This document shows, piece after piece, positions 9,912 to 19,216 of a stretch of 64,000 nt of DNA (its first letter is position 1; the number at the start of each line of letters is the position of its first letter). Source of the DNA: an uncultured Candidatus Saccharibacteria bacterium (GTDB lineage Bacteria > Patescibacteriota > Minisyncoccia > Phycocordibacterales > Phycocordibacteraceae). Both the position numbers and the translations under genes were made by a program. The stretch covers positions 104,856 through 168,855 of the forward strand of contig CAYSUL010000001.1 of the NCBI GenBank assembly GCA_964434255.1, given 5' to 3'. The notes beneath the pieces are model-generated. The model saw only the letters and a list, made by a program, of their open reading frames with translations, was not told the origin of the DNA and made no database searches.

Positions 9912-10424
9912 TTATTTCTTCTTGCGCGCTGCCTGCGCTTTTTTAATGTTCGCCTTTTGCGCCCTCTTCATCGCGGGTGTCGGCTTCGCCTTTTCGGGGA
10001 CGTTCTTCACCGGATGCGCGTGGAATATGTCGCCTTTCACCTGCGTAATCTTCCCACTTATCGCCTTAGAAAGAGCGGCTCGCTCTTTCGCATTATCTAT
10101 AACCAGCTGACCACCGGGGGTAACGTGGGCATGCTTCTTGTCTATGAGCCAGGTGGCGGTATCCCAGCTTCCGCTCGAACGTCTTCCGGCGATGCGCTCC
10201 AATCCGCCCTTCTTTCCAACGTCTTGCGTCCGGAAGGAGGTGAACTGCCCCTTAGGCCGCACTTCTACGCGATAGAATTTTCCCTCTCCGCCGGTGCCCG
10301 GCTTCTTGCGTCCCCTCCCCTGCGGCTGGGCGAGCGTGCGCTGCCGCGGGCTCATGCTCTTCCACTTCGCTGACGCTTTCTTGACGTTCTTCTTTGCTGC
10401 CGAAACCTGTTTTTTTGTAGCCAT
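9912..10424 (-). CDS. Lysine-rich basic hypothetical protein (possible nucleic-acid-binding)
   Basis: K/A/R-rich N- and C-termini (AAKKNVKKASAK..., ...KKAQAARKKK) flank a globular core. Confidence 0.4.
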   Translation of the reverse strand: MATKKQVSAAKKNVKKASAKWKSMSPRQRTLAQPQGRGRKKPGTGGEGKFYRVEVRPKGQFTSFRTQDVGKKGGLERIAGRRSSGSWDTATWLIDKKHAHVTPGGQLVIDNAKERAALSKAISGKITQVKGDIFHAHPVKNVPEKAKPTPAMKRAQKANIKKAQAARKKK

Positions 10425-10559
10425 ACGACTAAAGATTAGGAGCTGACAGTTGCGTTGTTAGTACTGGACAAGCGAGCCTTCCAAAAAACTATAGTGGAGT
10501 TGATAGGATAGAGCCACTCGGTGGGGCTTTATTTTCAGCTTCTCCATCTTATAAATATA

Positions 10560-10581
10560 CCCCCTTATTAGGGGGCTTTTA
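10560..10581 (-). terminator. Hairpin CCCCC-TTATTA-GGGGG with U-rich flank; probable terminator for the peptidase gene
   Basis: 5-bp G/C stem with a 6-nt loop, 20 nt downstream of the 10601 stop, followed by T/A-rich sequence on both strands. Confidence 0.35.
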
Positions 10582-10600
10582 TCGCGGAGTCGGATATTGA

Positions 10601-11215
10601 CTATGAAGCCGGATATATTTCTATATAGCGCTTTTTCCAGGCCTTGGTGAAGGTGTCCACTGAGATGGTCCCGCCACCCTCTCGCTCTGCAGGGTCGTTG
10701 TAATACACTGTTTCTCCCTCGATCCTATTGATAACGACCAGGTGCGGGATAGGATTGCTTGGCTCAAACGTGTAATGCACGGAGGCAATGACCGGTCCCC
10801 GTCCTACCGCTTCCTTAAATTGCGCAAAAGCCTCGGCATTCCCGGCAAGGTCATGACTCTCTCCGGTAAACCCATACGCGCTTGAGACACCTATCAGTCC
10901 CTTATACGTCCAGCCCGCCTCTGAATAGGCTCCCTGCTCAATACCGTCTGCAAGCAATGCATCAACCGAAACGGTACCGGGCTTGTAATACTCCATGATC
11001 ATGCCGAGGCTTGCGATACCGCAACCCACCTTTTGCCACTTAGGAGAGCTGATGTCCGTGAATTGTGAAAAGAATGGGACACTGGTTGGCTGGTACGTCT
11101 CAAGAATCGCCTTTGGGGGAAGCGTGTTTGTCTGCGCAACCGCGGGAGTTGCAGACGTGAATCCAGGCGCACTAAGCAAGAGCAACCCGGTTAGGAGCAA
11201 AGAGAGAAAGGCCAT
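10601..11215 (-). CDS. Secreted papain-like cysteine peptidase, C39-like domain
   Basis: Signal peptide and a catalytic Cys context (KVGCGIASLGMIMEYY) typical of the Peptidase_C39_2 family. Confidence 0.55.
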   Translation of the reverse strand: MAFLSLLLTGLLLLSAPGFTSATPAVAQTNTLPPKAILETYQPTSVPFFSQFTDISSPKWQKVGCGIASLGMIMEYYKPGTVSVDALLADGIEQGAYSEAGWTYKGLIGVSSAYGFTGESHDLAGNAEAFAQFKEAVGRGPVIASVHYTFEPSNPIPHLVVINRIEGETVYYNDPAEREGGGTISVDTFTKAWKKRYIEIYPAS

Positions 11216-11256
11216 AACTCGAACATCCTACTGCCCCTCACCACATCCCGCAATGC

Positions 11257-12183
11257 CTAATCTTCTACGATGATGACGGTTCCTAACTCAGCCCAATCAT
11301 AGAGCTCCTTCGCCTTGTCCGGCGGCAGGTTTACGCATCCGTGGGAATACCTGCCTCCAAAGCTGGAGTGCCAATATGCACCGTGAATGACCGCGCCTTC
11401 ATGAGTGAAGTAGAGATTCCACGGCACACCAGGAAGGTCGTAGTAATCGCTTGGAACGCCAGGGATCGGTCCCTGCATATAACGGCTCGGTGTTTTCTTG
11501 AAAACAGCGAACGTGCCGCGCGGCGTCGGCGTAAGCTCAAGGCCGGTAGAAATCGCCGTTTCCATGAATACGGTATCGCCATCGTATGCAATCAATGTCT
11601 GCTCGCTACGATCCACGACGATACGCTTCGTCGTCGTTGCCGTCTCGTGCTCCCATATCGTCTTATCCCCTTCGTCCAGAACAACGCGCACATAGTCAGC
11701 AGCGACGTACCAGTCGCCCGTAACTCGTTCGGGATACCTGAGCGATTCATCGAATACGACCTTGAACCAGCTTTTTCCATCTCGCTCAACCTTCCCGCTG
11801 ATTTTCAGTACAACATGATTTCGTAGACGCGTAACAACCGGAAAGTCAGTGCCCGGACCCGAGCGCACATGGACGCATTCTCCTTGGAAATGCTCCGCGC
11901 AACTATCAATGACTTCGATATATTCAAAGAGCACGTTCGTTAGCGGCAGTAAGCGTGCGCCCGCTTCTGTCGATGAGTCGATGAGCACTGCTTCTTCGGG
12001 TCGAACGAAAGAAGTCTGCGGCGCTTCCCAATACGCAGCTTCTGGTTCATCTATATACTGCTGCGCTTCTCCAAGTCCGTGCGGAGCTGAGGCATACTTA
12101 TCAAGAAGCAGGTACGTGCCTGCGCCAACCGCGGCGAGTATGAGCGCCCACAGTATCAACGGCCGATGAGCTGATGCCTTCAT
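11257..12183 (-). CDS. L,D-transpeptidase (YkuD domain) with N-terminal SH3-like domain
   Basis: Catalytic motif HGAYWHSSFGGRYSHGCVNL. N-terminal TM/signal segment. Confidence 0.8.
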   Translation of the reverse strand: MKASAHRPLILWALILAAVGAGTYLLLDKYASAPHGLGEAQQYIDEPEAAYWEAPQTSFVRPEEAVLIDSSTEAGARLLPLTNVLFEYIEVIDSCAEHFQGECVHVRSGPGTDFPVVTRLRNHVVLKISGKVERDGKSWFKVVFDESLRYPERVTGDWYVAADYVRVVLDEGDKTIWEHETATTTKRIVVDRSEQTLIAYDGDTVFMETAISTGLELTPTPRGTFAVFKKTPSRYMQGPIPGVPSDYYDLPGVPWNLYFTHEGAVIHGAYWHSSFGGRYSHGCVNLPPDKAKELYDWAELGTVIIVED

Positions 12184-12321
12184 AGGCGCACTATATATGA
12201 TTTAGTTTTCTTAAGGAAACAGTGCGGCAAGGGTGGTGCTGTAATCTGGCACGAATTTGCTGGTCATCTGAGGTGGTATCCGAACTGGTTCCGCTCTCCG
12301 TATACCCGAATATCTACTACG

Positions 12322-13005
12322 CTATTCAGGCTGGAATGGCCTCGGGATCTCCTTGTCCAAGATCTCACGCTGCAGGTACTTCTTCTTGGTGCGTATCGTT
12401 GCGCCCTTCTCCGGCGATCTATCCTTAGCAGCTTCCATACGCTTCAGTTCAAGCCACTCCTCGAGTCTCCGCTTTTCCTTCTGCTGCTTCTCGTACGCTT
12501 CGGTGGTGCGCGCCTGATTCTTTTCCCTCTCGATGAGATAGCTGGCGTAATCGCCCGTATAGGAACTGATCGAGCGAGTCGAAGGATGTATCTCGAGGAT
12601 ACGCGTCACACGCGCAGCATGCATGAGCTTTGAATTCTCCGAAGCTAGAAGTAGCCCTCCACGGAATCCTGCGATGAAGCGTATGATAGCCCCGACATCC
12701 ACGGAATCGCTCAAACCCTGCGCGTCGATGACGAGGAAGGTGGGTCGCGCGTGGAGTATCTGCACGAGCGAGTCCGCGCCTCCCTGGATACCTTCAGGAG
12801 AGATATATGCGAGACGCTCTCCGTCATGGGTGACGGAGCCTCCATCCATCTCGTCTTCATCCGCGATAATACGAAGGAATGTTCCCGTATCGCCTTCCCT
12901 GACACCCAATACGCCCACGCGCTCTCCCGGACGCATAACAAGATTGACCTTCTCGAAGAGAGGTTCGCCGAGCGCATCCACGCGCAAATCCTTAACGACG
13001 ATCAT
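12322..13005 (-). CDS. Degenerate ABC-F-like ATPase half (pseudo-ATPase)
   Basis: ABC fold order with Walker A degenerated (GVLGVREGDTG), no LSGGQ signature and Walker B without the catalytic Glu (FLVIDAQ). An ABC-F-type charged linker follows (EKQQKEKRRLEEWLE). Confidence 0.4.
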   Translation of the reverse strand: MIVVKDLRVDALGEPLFEKVNLVMRPGERVGVLGVREGDTGTFLRIIADEDEMDGGSVTHDGERLAYISPEGIQGGADSLVQILHARPTFLVIDAQGLSDSVDVGAIIRFIAGFRGGLLLASENSKLMHAARVTRILEIHPSTRSISSYTGDYASYLIEREKNQARTTEAYEKQQKEKRRLEEWLELKRMEAAKDRSPEKGATIRTKKKYLQREILDKEIPRPFQPE

Positions 13006-13109
13006 GGAGCCTTACTATAACGTGCTGGGGGTTTGGTACGACGTGGGAACTTTTATTAAATAGAAGAGCCGCCGTTCCCTTTCGGAAACAGGCGGCCCCA
13101 GAGTTCTGT

Positions 13110-13688
13110 TTAGTTGAACATGTTCCAGTAAGCGGAAGGGTTCTTCCAGTCGGGATAGTGTTCTTCCAACCAGTCGTTGATTTTCTTTTGCAGCTCCTTC
13201 AGAGAAGCTTCTCTTGTCTCTTTAGGAATGCGAACTTCGTATTCCCCATACAGACGTTCTCCATAAGGATTTTCGATCCATTGAGAGCGCGTCGTGTAGG
13301 ATTCATCTTCACCCGCACTGAACCCTGTCCACTGGGTGAGAGCGTACTGTAAGCGGAGTACGGGAGGTTTGAATCTCCACCGTTTCAGCCGCCCATCAGC
13401 GTGAGTACCAGGCATGTAATGATTGGGGCGCAGTGCGTCCAGAATCCTACCGCGAAGCTGCTCACGTTCGTCCAGCAGAAGCGGCCGGCCGTTTTCCAGT
13501 AGTATGTGCCAGCCCTTAGGCAAACTCACGGTCTGCCAGCCCTGATGATCACCTGATTGTCCGAACTCGCGCCCGAATGGAGTGATGCCCAAAGTGCGAA
13601 GTATTGTTTCGACATCTTCGTCATCAACCTCGTTCATTACGATTTTGAGTGGAATCTCATTCCAACGATCTTGCGTTCTGGGCATTGC
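13110..13688 (-). CDS. Hypothetical protein
   Basis: ORF with good coding periodicity. Start chosen at MPRTQDRW. No family recognised. Confidence 0.35.
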   Translation of the reverse strand, partial: AMPRTQDRWNEIPLKIVMNEVDDEDVETILRTLGITPFGREFGQSGDHQGWQTVSLPKGWHILLENGRPLLLDEREQLRGRILDALRPNHYMPGTHADGRLKRWRFKPPVLRLQYALTQWTGFSAGEDESYTTRSQWIENPYGERLYGEYEVRIPKETREASLKELQKKINDWLEEHYPDWKNPSAYWNMFN

Positions 13689-13755
13689 CCGCCTCCAGTG
13701 TGAGTGGTTCCTGTTCTGAGTATTAAAATAGCACACTATACATAAAAGTCAATTG

Positions 13756-13826
13756 CTGCGAGACTAGGACTCGAACCTAGATAACATCCTCCAGAGGGAT
13801 GCGTCCTACCATTAGACGATCTCGCA
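13756..13826 (-). tRNA. tRNA-Gln (anticodon CUG)
   Basis: Cloverleaf folded by hand: U1-A72 acceptor (typical bacterial tRNA-Gln), anticodon loop CUCUGGA, T-loop TTCGAGT, discriminator G. Its translation appears as an artefact in the ORF track. Confidence 0.8.
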
Positions 13827-13893
13827 ATGACGAAGCGGCTCACGCCGCCGTCGAGGACACAATACTGGAAAATAGCCCGTTCTTCAACCGTAT

Positions 13894-13929
13894 AAAAAGT
13901 ACTAAGTCCTGGCGGAGCCAGGACTTAGT
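13894..13929 (-). terminator. Rho-independent terminator (12-bp perfect stem ACTAAGTCCTGG/CCAGGACTTAGT + U-tract on minus strand)
   Basis: Hairpin at 13901-13929 with the AAAAAGT tract on the plus strand (a U-run on the minus strand), downstream of the DUF1761 gene. Confidence 0.5.
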
Positions 13930-13994
13930 CCAAGTACTTTATACCGAACACCTCGTACGCGCCAGGGCCGCGAAGACGATATGGGGATAACAAT

Positions 13995-14438
13995 CTATGC
14001 CGGGAACGAGGCCAGGATGGCGCCCATAACGAGCAGGTTCACGAGATAGTAGCCGGAGGTGATGAACCAGTACTTCCAGCTCTTGTTCTCCCAGAGCACG
14101 GGACCGAGCGATACCGGCATGACGAAGCCGAGCCAGCTCCAGAAACCGGCCATGAGCCCTGCGGCGATACCGACTGTCTGCGTATATGCCGAGGAGAATG
14201 CGAGTGCATATGCGAGAACATACGCCATGACGACGCTTCCAAGCGTCATGAGCGCATAGCTCCTGAGCATCGCGCTCTTAGCGGACGGATCGGTCTTTGC
14301 CTTCATCATGTCGTCCGTGGTGAGGCCCACCTCCTTCATCCAGGCTTTCCCGAACAGCGGACCGTACCAGAGCGAGCCGAGTACGACTGCGGTTACGACC
14401 GCTCCCAAGATGGCTAGATAGTTTATTGCTACTTCCAT
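13995..14438 (-). CDS. DUF1761-like integral membrane protein
   Basis: 4 TM helices with a W/Y-rich pattern (LWYGPLFGKAW ... KYWFITSGYYLVN). Confidence 0.5.
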   Translation of the reverse strand: MEVAINYLAILGAVVTAVVLGSLWYGPLFGKAWMKEVGLTTDDMMKAKTDPSAKSAMLRSYALMTLGSVVMAYVLAYALAFSSAYTQTVGIAAGLMAGFWSWLGFVMPVSLGPVLWENKSWKYWFITSGYYLVNLLVMGAILASFPA

Positions 14439-14562
14439 ACGGAAATAATTAATGGATACACAAAAAGTATAGCGCCGCCTAAACCCATTGACTTCATCCT
14501 ATATACAGGTTAGAATGCTACTATCTCGTTCGGGCAATCACGCCACCAAAGGGAGAGAGTGC

Positions 14563-14994
14563 ATGAGTTTTAAATTGGTTCTTAAGGGCGCGTATAGCCA
14601 GGTGACTTATGAATTTCTCCTGGCCGCAGGTATCCGTATGGAGCCGTTCGAAGCGGCCCAGAGGGTATCGCTCGGAGATGAGCGCCTATGGGAACTGTCC
14701 AGGTGCGTTCCTCGCTTCCTGGTTGAGGGCAATCTTCAGGACCCCGACGAGTTGTGCGTCGTGCTTGATGTCGAGGAGGATTCGTTGGAGTCGCTCGATC
14801 ATCTCTATGAGAAGCCGGTTCCGCATCTGCGGCTCCACGTCGAACGCAACAAATGCGTCATTCGACGTGAGGACGCCGCTCCTCCCGGCGGGAAAATCGT
14901 TCGCGTGAGGGACTTGGCTTTCTGGCCGCGTGCTCCAAAAGAGAACGATGAGCTCCGGGCATTCTTTTCGCCAGCACAACAGCAAGCGGCATAA
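14563..14994 (+). CDS. Hypothetical protein
   Basis: ATG at 14563 is preceded by GGGAGAGAG (an RBS). No family recognised. Confidence 0.35.
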   Translation: MSFKLVLKGAYSQVTYEFLLAAGIRMEPFEAAQRVSLGDERLWELSRCVPRFLVEGNLQDPDELCVVLDVEEDSLESLDHLYEKPVPHLRLHVERNKCVIRREDAAPPGGKIVRVRDLAFWPRAPKENDELRAFFSPAQQQAA

Positions 14995-15025
14995 ACAGAT
15001 CTTTCGGCGCAAGTACGCCAACTAG

Positions 15026-15055
15026 GCTTCCCTTCGGGGAGGCCATTCTTTTTAT
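15026..15055 (+). terminator. Rho-independent terminator (GGCTTCCC-TTCG-GGGAGGCC + T-run)
   Basis: 8-bp stem with a TTCG tetraloop followed by ATTCTTTTTATATTT, after the 14994 stop. Confidence 0.45.
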
Positions 15056-15067
15056 ATTTACGATGTC

Positions 15068-16720
15068 TTATCCCCTAAAGTCCGCACGCTTCTGCGCCGC
15101 CTCGAGGAACTTCGTGAAAAGTGGGTGCGGCGTGAGTGGACGCGCCTGAAGCTCCGGATGGAACTGGCAGCCCAGATAGAACGGATGTTCGGTCTTAGGA
15201 AGTTCCGCTATCTCCATGAGCACGCCGTCAGGTGACTTCCCCGAGAATACGAGACCCTTCTGGGTAAGCCGCTCGATGTATTCCGGATTTATCTCGTACC
15301 GATGGCGATGGCGCTCTTCTACGACGTCAGCTCCGTATGCTTCCTGCGCAATAGTGCCCTTCGTGAGGTGCGCGGGATACGAACCGAGGCGCATAGTGCC
15401 GCCATACTTCCCCTCGGCGATAAGCGCCTTCTGGTCCGGCATCACGTCGACGACCGGGTGCGCAGCATTCGGGTCTATCTCCACCGTGTGCGCTCCCTCG
15501 AGCCCGAGCACATTGCGTGCGTACTCGATAACGAGCATATGCATGCCATAGCAGAGGCCGAAATACGGGATACGGTGCGTCCTCGTATATTCCGCCGCCT
15601 TTATCTTCCCTTCTATCCCGGTCTCGCCGAACCCGCCCGGTACGATGACGCCGTCATACTGCTCAAGCTTCTCAGCATCTTCCTTCGTTTCTATATCCTT
15701 GGCGTTCACCCATTCGATGATGGCCTTAACGCCGACTGCAGCAGCCGAGAACTTGAGCGCCTCGATGACGGAAAGATAGGCGTCTGAGAGCACGAAATCG
15801 CCCGTATCAAAGTACTTCCCGACGATACCTATCTTCACCGTCGGTTTCTCCACCTTCGTCCTGTCCACAAACTCCTTCCAGTCCGAGAAATCGGCAGCCT
15901 TGTCCTTCGGGAGCGAAAGCGCATCGAGGAGCAAGTCGCCGAGATTATCCTTCTCGAAGTTGAGCGGCACGTCATAGATGCTCGCGACGTCAGGTGCCGA
16001 GATGATGTGGTCAGGGCGCACGTTGCACCAGATGGCGAGCTTCTCCTTCCGCTTCTCGTCCATCGTGTTGTTGCTGCGCGCAAGGATGAAATCCGGCTGC
16101 ACTCCATACGAGTTAAGTTCGCGGACGGCCGATTGAGTGGGCTTGGTCTTCATCTCCCCTATCGTATTAGGCACCGGCAAGTATGAAACGAGCACGAAAC
16201 GCACGTCGTCGGGCTTCTTGAGACGCATCACGCGTGCCGCTTCGATGAAGAGCGCATTCTGGAAGTCGCCCACCGTCCCGCCTATCTCTATAACGGAGAT
16301 GCGGCTGCCGTTGTGTGCAGCCGCCGTTTCCAGGCGCTCGATGATTTCATCACGGACGTGCGGGATAGCCTCGACGAACTTGCCCTTGTAGCCGAGCGCG
16401 CGCTCGCGGTTGATGACCGACTGGTACACCATACCGCTCGTCATGTAGTCCTCAGGACCCAGATCGCGTCCGAGGAAGCGCTCGTAGTTGCCCATGTCCT
16501 GGTCGGTCTCGAGCCCGCTCTTGAGCACGAACACCTCGCCGTGCTCGGTCGGGTTCATGGTGCCCGCGTCCACATTGAGGTACGGGTCTATCTTCACGAG
16601 ATTCACGTCGTACCCGCGCTCCTTGAGAATGAGCCCCATTGAGGAGGTGGCGATGCCCTTGCCCACGCCGCTCATCACGCCGCCCAGAACGAATATGTAC
16701 TTATGACCTTCCTTCGCCAT
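15068..16720 (-). CDS. pyrG: CTP synthase
   Basis: N-terminal synthetase domain (YIFVLGGVMSGVGKG) and C-terminal glutamine amidotransferase (GLCYGMH...HPE). Length 550 aa. Confidence 0.92.
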   Translation of the reverse strand: MAKEGHKYIFVLGGVMSGVGKGIATSSMGLILKERGYDVNLVKIDPYLNVDAGTMNPTEHGEVFVLKSGLETDQDMGNYERFLGRDLGPEDYMTSGMVYQSVINRERALGYKGKFVEAIPHVRDEIIERLETAAAHNGSRISVIEIGGTVGDFQNALFIEAARVMRLKKPDDVRFVLVSYLPVPNTIGEMKTKPTQSAVRELNSYGVQPDFILARSNNTMDEKRKEKLAIWCNVRPDHIISAPDVASIYDVPLNFEKDNLGDLLLDALSLPKDKAADFSDWKEFVDRTKVEKPTVKIGIVGKYFDTGDFVLSDAYLSVIEALKFSAAAVGVKAIIEWVNAKDIETKEDAEKLEQYDGVIVPGGFGETGIEGKIKAAEYTRTHRIPYFGLCYGMHMLVIEYARNVLGLEGAHTVEIDPNAAHPVVDVMPDQKALIAEGKYGGTMRLGSYPAHLTKGTIAQEAYGADVVEERHRHRYEINPEYIERLTQKGLVFSGKSPDGVLMEIAELPKTEHPFYLGCQFHPELQARPLTPHPLFTKFLEAAQKRADFRG

Positions 16721-16722
16721 AC

Positions 16723-17637
16723 CTAGACCTTCAGATACCTACGCACCGCGAGCCACGAAGCGAGCGCCCCTATCAAGATGCCGGAGCCCACGAGTATGCC
16801 GAACACCATCGCGAAGTTCGAGACGTAGTAGTCGAAGAGGTTGAATCCGCCGAGCCAGCTTGAGAGCGCGCTCCCGGCGTACCACGTCGCAGGATAGAAC
16901 AGGAGGAGCGCTATGACAGCAGCCATGATTCCCGAGAGGATACCGGCCACGATAAATGGACCCCGGATGTACATATTCGATGCTCCCACGAGCCGCATGA
17001 CCGCAATCTCGTCGCGTGCGCTGTATATCGCGAGGCGGATGGTCGCAAGTGCGATGATGACTGAAGCGCCGGCGAACAAGATGACAACGAAGAGACCTGC
17101 CTTCTCCATAGTCTCTATGGCGCCCGTAAGGCGGTCGATGACCGACTTGTTCTGGTAGTAGTTGATACGATCGACGATGTCGGTACCGCTCGGGTCGTCA
17201 GCGAGATGGTTCACGATGGACTCGTACTGGCTCGGATCCTTCGCCTTTATAGCAAGCGATGCCCCGAGCGGGTTCTCACCGAGCTCCTCAAGCGCCTGAA
17301 GCGTGAGCTGGTCGTTCGCATGGCGGGTCTTGAATTCCTCGAGCGCCGCGTCGCGTGACGTATAGGTGACGGTCGCTACTTCTGGCAACTCCTCCAGCGA
17401 GTCCTGGATGGCAAGGATGTCTCCTTCGGCTGCGTCGACGGTGAAGTACACGTTCACGTCCACCTTGTCCTGCACGAGCGCGAGCGTGTGGGTGAGGAGC
17501 GCGGAAAGGAAGATGAGGAAGCCGACGATGACAAGCGTCACCGTCATGATGAGCACGGTCGCGAACGATACGGCCCCGCTCCGGGCGAAGTTCTTCGCGC
17601 CGCTCGATGCTATCCGTTTAAGTGAGGTCCAAAGCAT
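16723..17637 (-). CDS. ftsX: Cell division ABC transporter permease FtsX
   Basis: 4-TM FtsX topology with a large extracytoplasmic loop. Immediately downstream of ftsE. Confidence 0.85.
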   Translation of the reverse strand: MLWTSLKRIASSGAKNFARSGAVSFATVLIMTVTLVIVGFLIFLSALLTHTLALVQDKVDVNVYFTVDAAEGDILAIQDSLEELPEVATVTYTSRDAALEEFKTRHANDQLTLQALEELGENPLGASLAIKAKDPSQYESIVNHLADDPSGTDIVDRINYYQNKSVIDRLTGAIETMEKAGLFVVILFAGASVIIALATIRLAIYSARDEIAVMRLVGASNMYIRGPFIVAGILSGIMAAVIALLLFYPATWYAGSALSSWLGGFNLFDYYVSNFAMVFGILVGSGILIGALASWLAVRRYLKV

Positions 17638-17642
17638 AAAAT

Positions 17643-18326
17643 CTATAGTACGTACTGACCCTGCAGGTCATCGCGGATAATCCGTCCCTTGTCCATCGTC
17701 ACCACACGCTTGCCGAGGGAGTCCACGACGCCCTTATTATGCGTCGTGATGAGCACCGTGGTGCCCACGAGTTCGTTGATCTTCTTGAGGATATCCATGA
17801 TCTCGAACGTGTTCATCGGGTCGAGGTTGCCCGTCGGCTCGTCGGCCACGATGACGTCCGGCTGATTGATGATGGCGCGACCGATAGCGACGCGCTGCTG
17901 CTCCCCGCCTGAGAGCTGGTGCGGGAAGTGCCATGCCTTGTCCGTCAGGTCGACGAGGCCGAGGATGTGCGGAACGTCGGAGTCTATCTCCTCCTGAGGC
18001 CGGCCTGCCGCTTCCATTGCGAACGCGATGTTCTCATACGCGGTCTTATGCGGGATGAGTCGGAAGTCCTGGAACACCATGCCTATCTTCCGGCGATAGT
18101 GGTGAAGCGCGCTGCGCGGTACGGCATGCACATCGATGTCTTCGAAGAAGACCGAGCCCTCGGTAGGCCGATCCTCAGCAAGCAGCATACGGAGGAGCGT
18201 GGTCTTCCCTGCTCCTGAGTGACCGACGATGGAGACGAATTCCTTAGGCGCTATCTTGAGGGTCACCGCATCGAGCCCGGAAGTCCCGTCGCGATGTATT
18301 TTGGTGACCCGGTCGAAATAGATCAT
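17643..18326 (-). CDS. ftsE: Cell division ATP-binding protein FtsE
   Basis: Walker A GHSGAGKTT, LSGGEQQRVAIGRA signature and Walker B VIVADEPTGNLD. Confidence 0.9.
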   Translation of the reverse strand: MIYFDRVTKIHRDGTSGLDAVTLKIAPKEFVSIVGHSGAGKTTLLRMLLAEDRPTEGSVFFEDIDVHAVPRSALHHYRRKIGMVFQDFRLIPHKTAYENIAFAMEAAGRPQEEIDSDVPHILGLVDLTDKAWHFPHQLSGGEQQRVAIGRAIINQPDVIVADEPTGNLDPMNTFEIMDILKKINELVGTTVLITTHNKGVVDSLGKRVVTMDKGRIIRDDLQGQYVL

Positions 18327-18346
18327 AGGTTAAACAACGGAAAGCA

Positions 18347-19216
18347 TTATACCCCACCCTCGCGGGAAGCGTCTATAAAATCATCCAGGTCACCCGCAAG
18401 GACGGCGTCCGGATTACCGGATTCGTGCCCCGTCTCGTGGTCCTTCACCATCTTATACGGATGCAGGACGTAGGAACGCATCTGGGAGCCCCATTCGTTG
18501 GCAGTGGACGGCGCTATGGAGCGGCCTTTCGCCTCGGCTTCGCGGCGTTCCTCCTCCATACGGAACAGCTTCGCTTGGATGAACTCGAGCGCCTTCTCCC
18601 GGTTGGCGAGCTGGCTCCGCTCGCTCGACACATGGACCGATACGCCGCTCGGGGTGTGGGTAATACGCACCGCGGTCTCCCGCTTATTCACGTTCTGGCC
18701 GCCAGCTCCCCCTGACTTCGCGAACTGGATATCGAGGTCGTCCGACCGGAGCTCCACCTTGTGCTGTGCATCGAGCTTCGGGAGCACCTCGACCAGCGCG
18801 AATGAGGTCTGGCGCTTGTCGTTGGCGTTAAACGGCGAGATACGCACGAGACGATGTACGCCCGCTTCGTTCTTCAGCCTCCCGTATACCCCCTTCCCCG
18901 TTATTTCAAGGAGAAGGTTGCGGAACCCGCCATGATTGTTCTCGTTCGCATGGAGTTCGAGCACGCTCCATCCTTTCGACTTCGCGTATCCCTCGTACAT
19001 ACGGCGGAGCATGGCAGCGAAGTCCTCCGCATCATCGCCACCCGCGCCTGCGAGTATCGCGAGGGTCGCGCTCCCGCCGTCGAGCGAGTCTCCATCCCCT
19101 CCCTCCTTGAGTGATTGGTATTCAGCGACACGGCGCTGCGCTTCGTCTTTATCCGCCCAGAAGTCAGGACTCGCCATGAGCGCCTCTATCTCCTTCATCC
19201 GCTCCTCGGGATTCAT
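18347..19216 (-). CDS. prfB: Peptide chain release factor 2 (short domain-1 form, no programmed frameshift)
   Basis: SPF tripeptide (RISPFNAN) and GGQ (SGGAGGQNVN). 289 aa with domain 1 about 55 aa shorter than E. coli RF2. No upstream CUU-UGA frameshift cassette is present. Confidence 0.85.
   Translation of the reverse strand: MNPEERMKEIEALMASPDFWADKDEAQRRVAEYQSLKEGGDGDSLDGGSATLAILAGAGGDDAEDFAAMLRRMYEGYAKSKGWSVLELHANENNHGGFRNLLLEITGKGVYGRLKNEAGVHRLVRISPFNANDKRQTSFALVEVLPKLDAQHKVELRSDDLDIQFAKSGGAGGQNVNKRETAVRITHTPSGVSVHVSSERSQLANREKALEFIQAKLFRMEEERREAEAKGRSIAPSTANEWGSQMRSYVLHPYKMVKDHETGHESGNPDAVLAGDLDDFIDASREGGV

Noticed and set aside
12184-12321. Possible riboswitch/leader upstream of the L,D-transpeptidase gene
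   Set aside because: No recognisable conserved riboswitch core (e.g. ydaO/c-di-AMP) could be matched by eye, so it is left as an ordinary 5' UTR.
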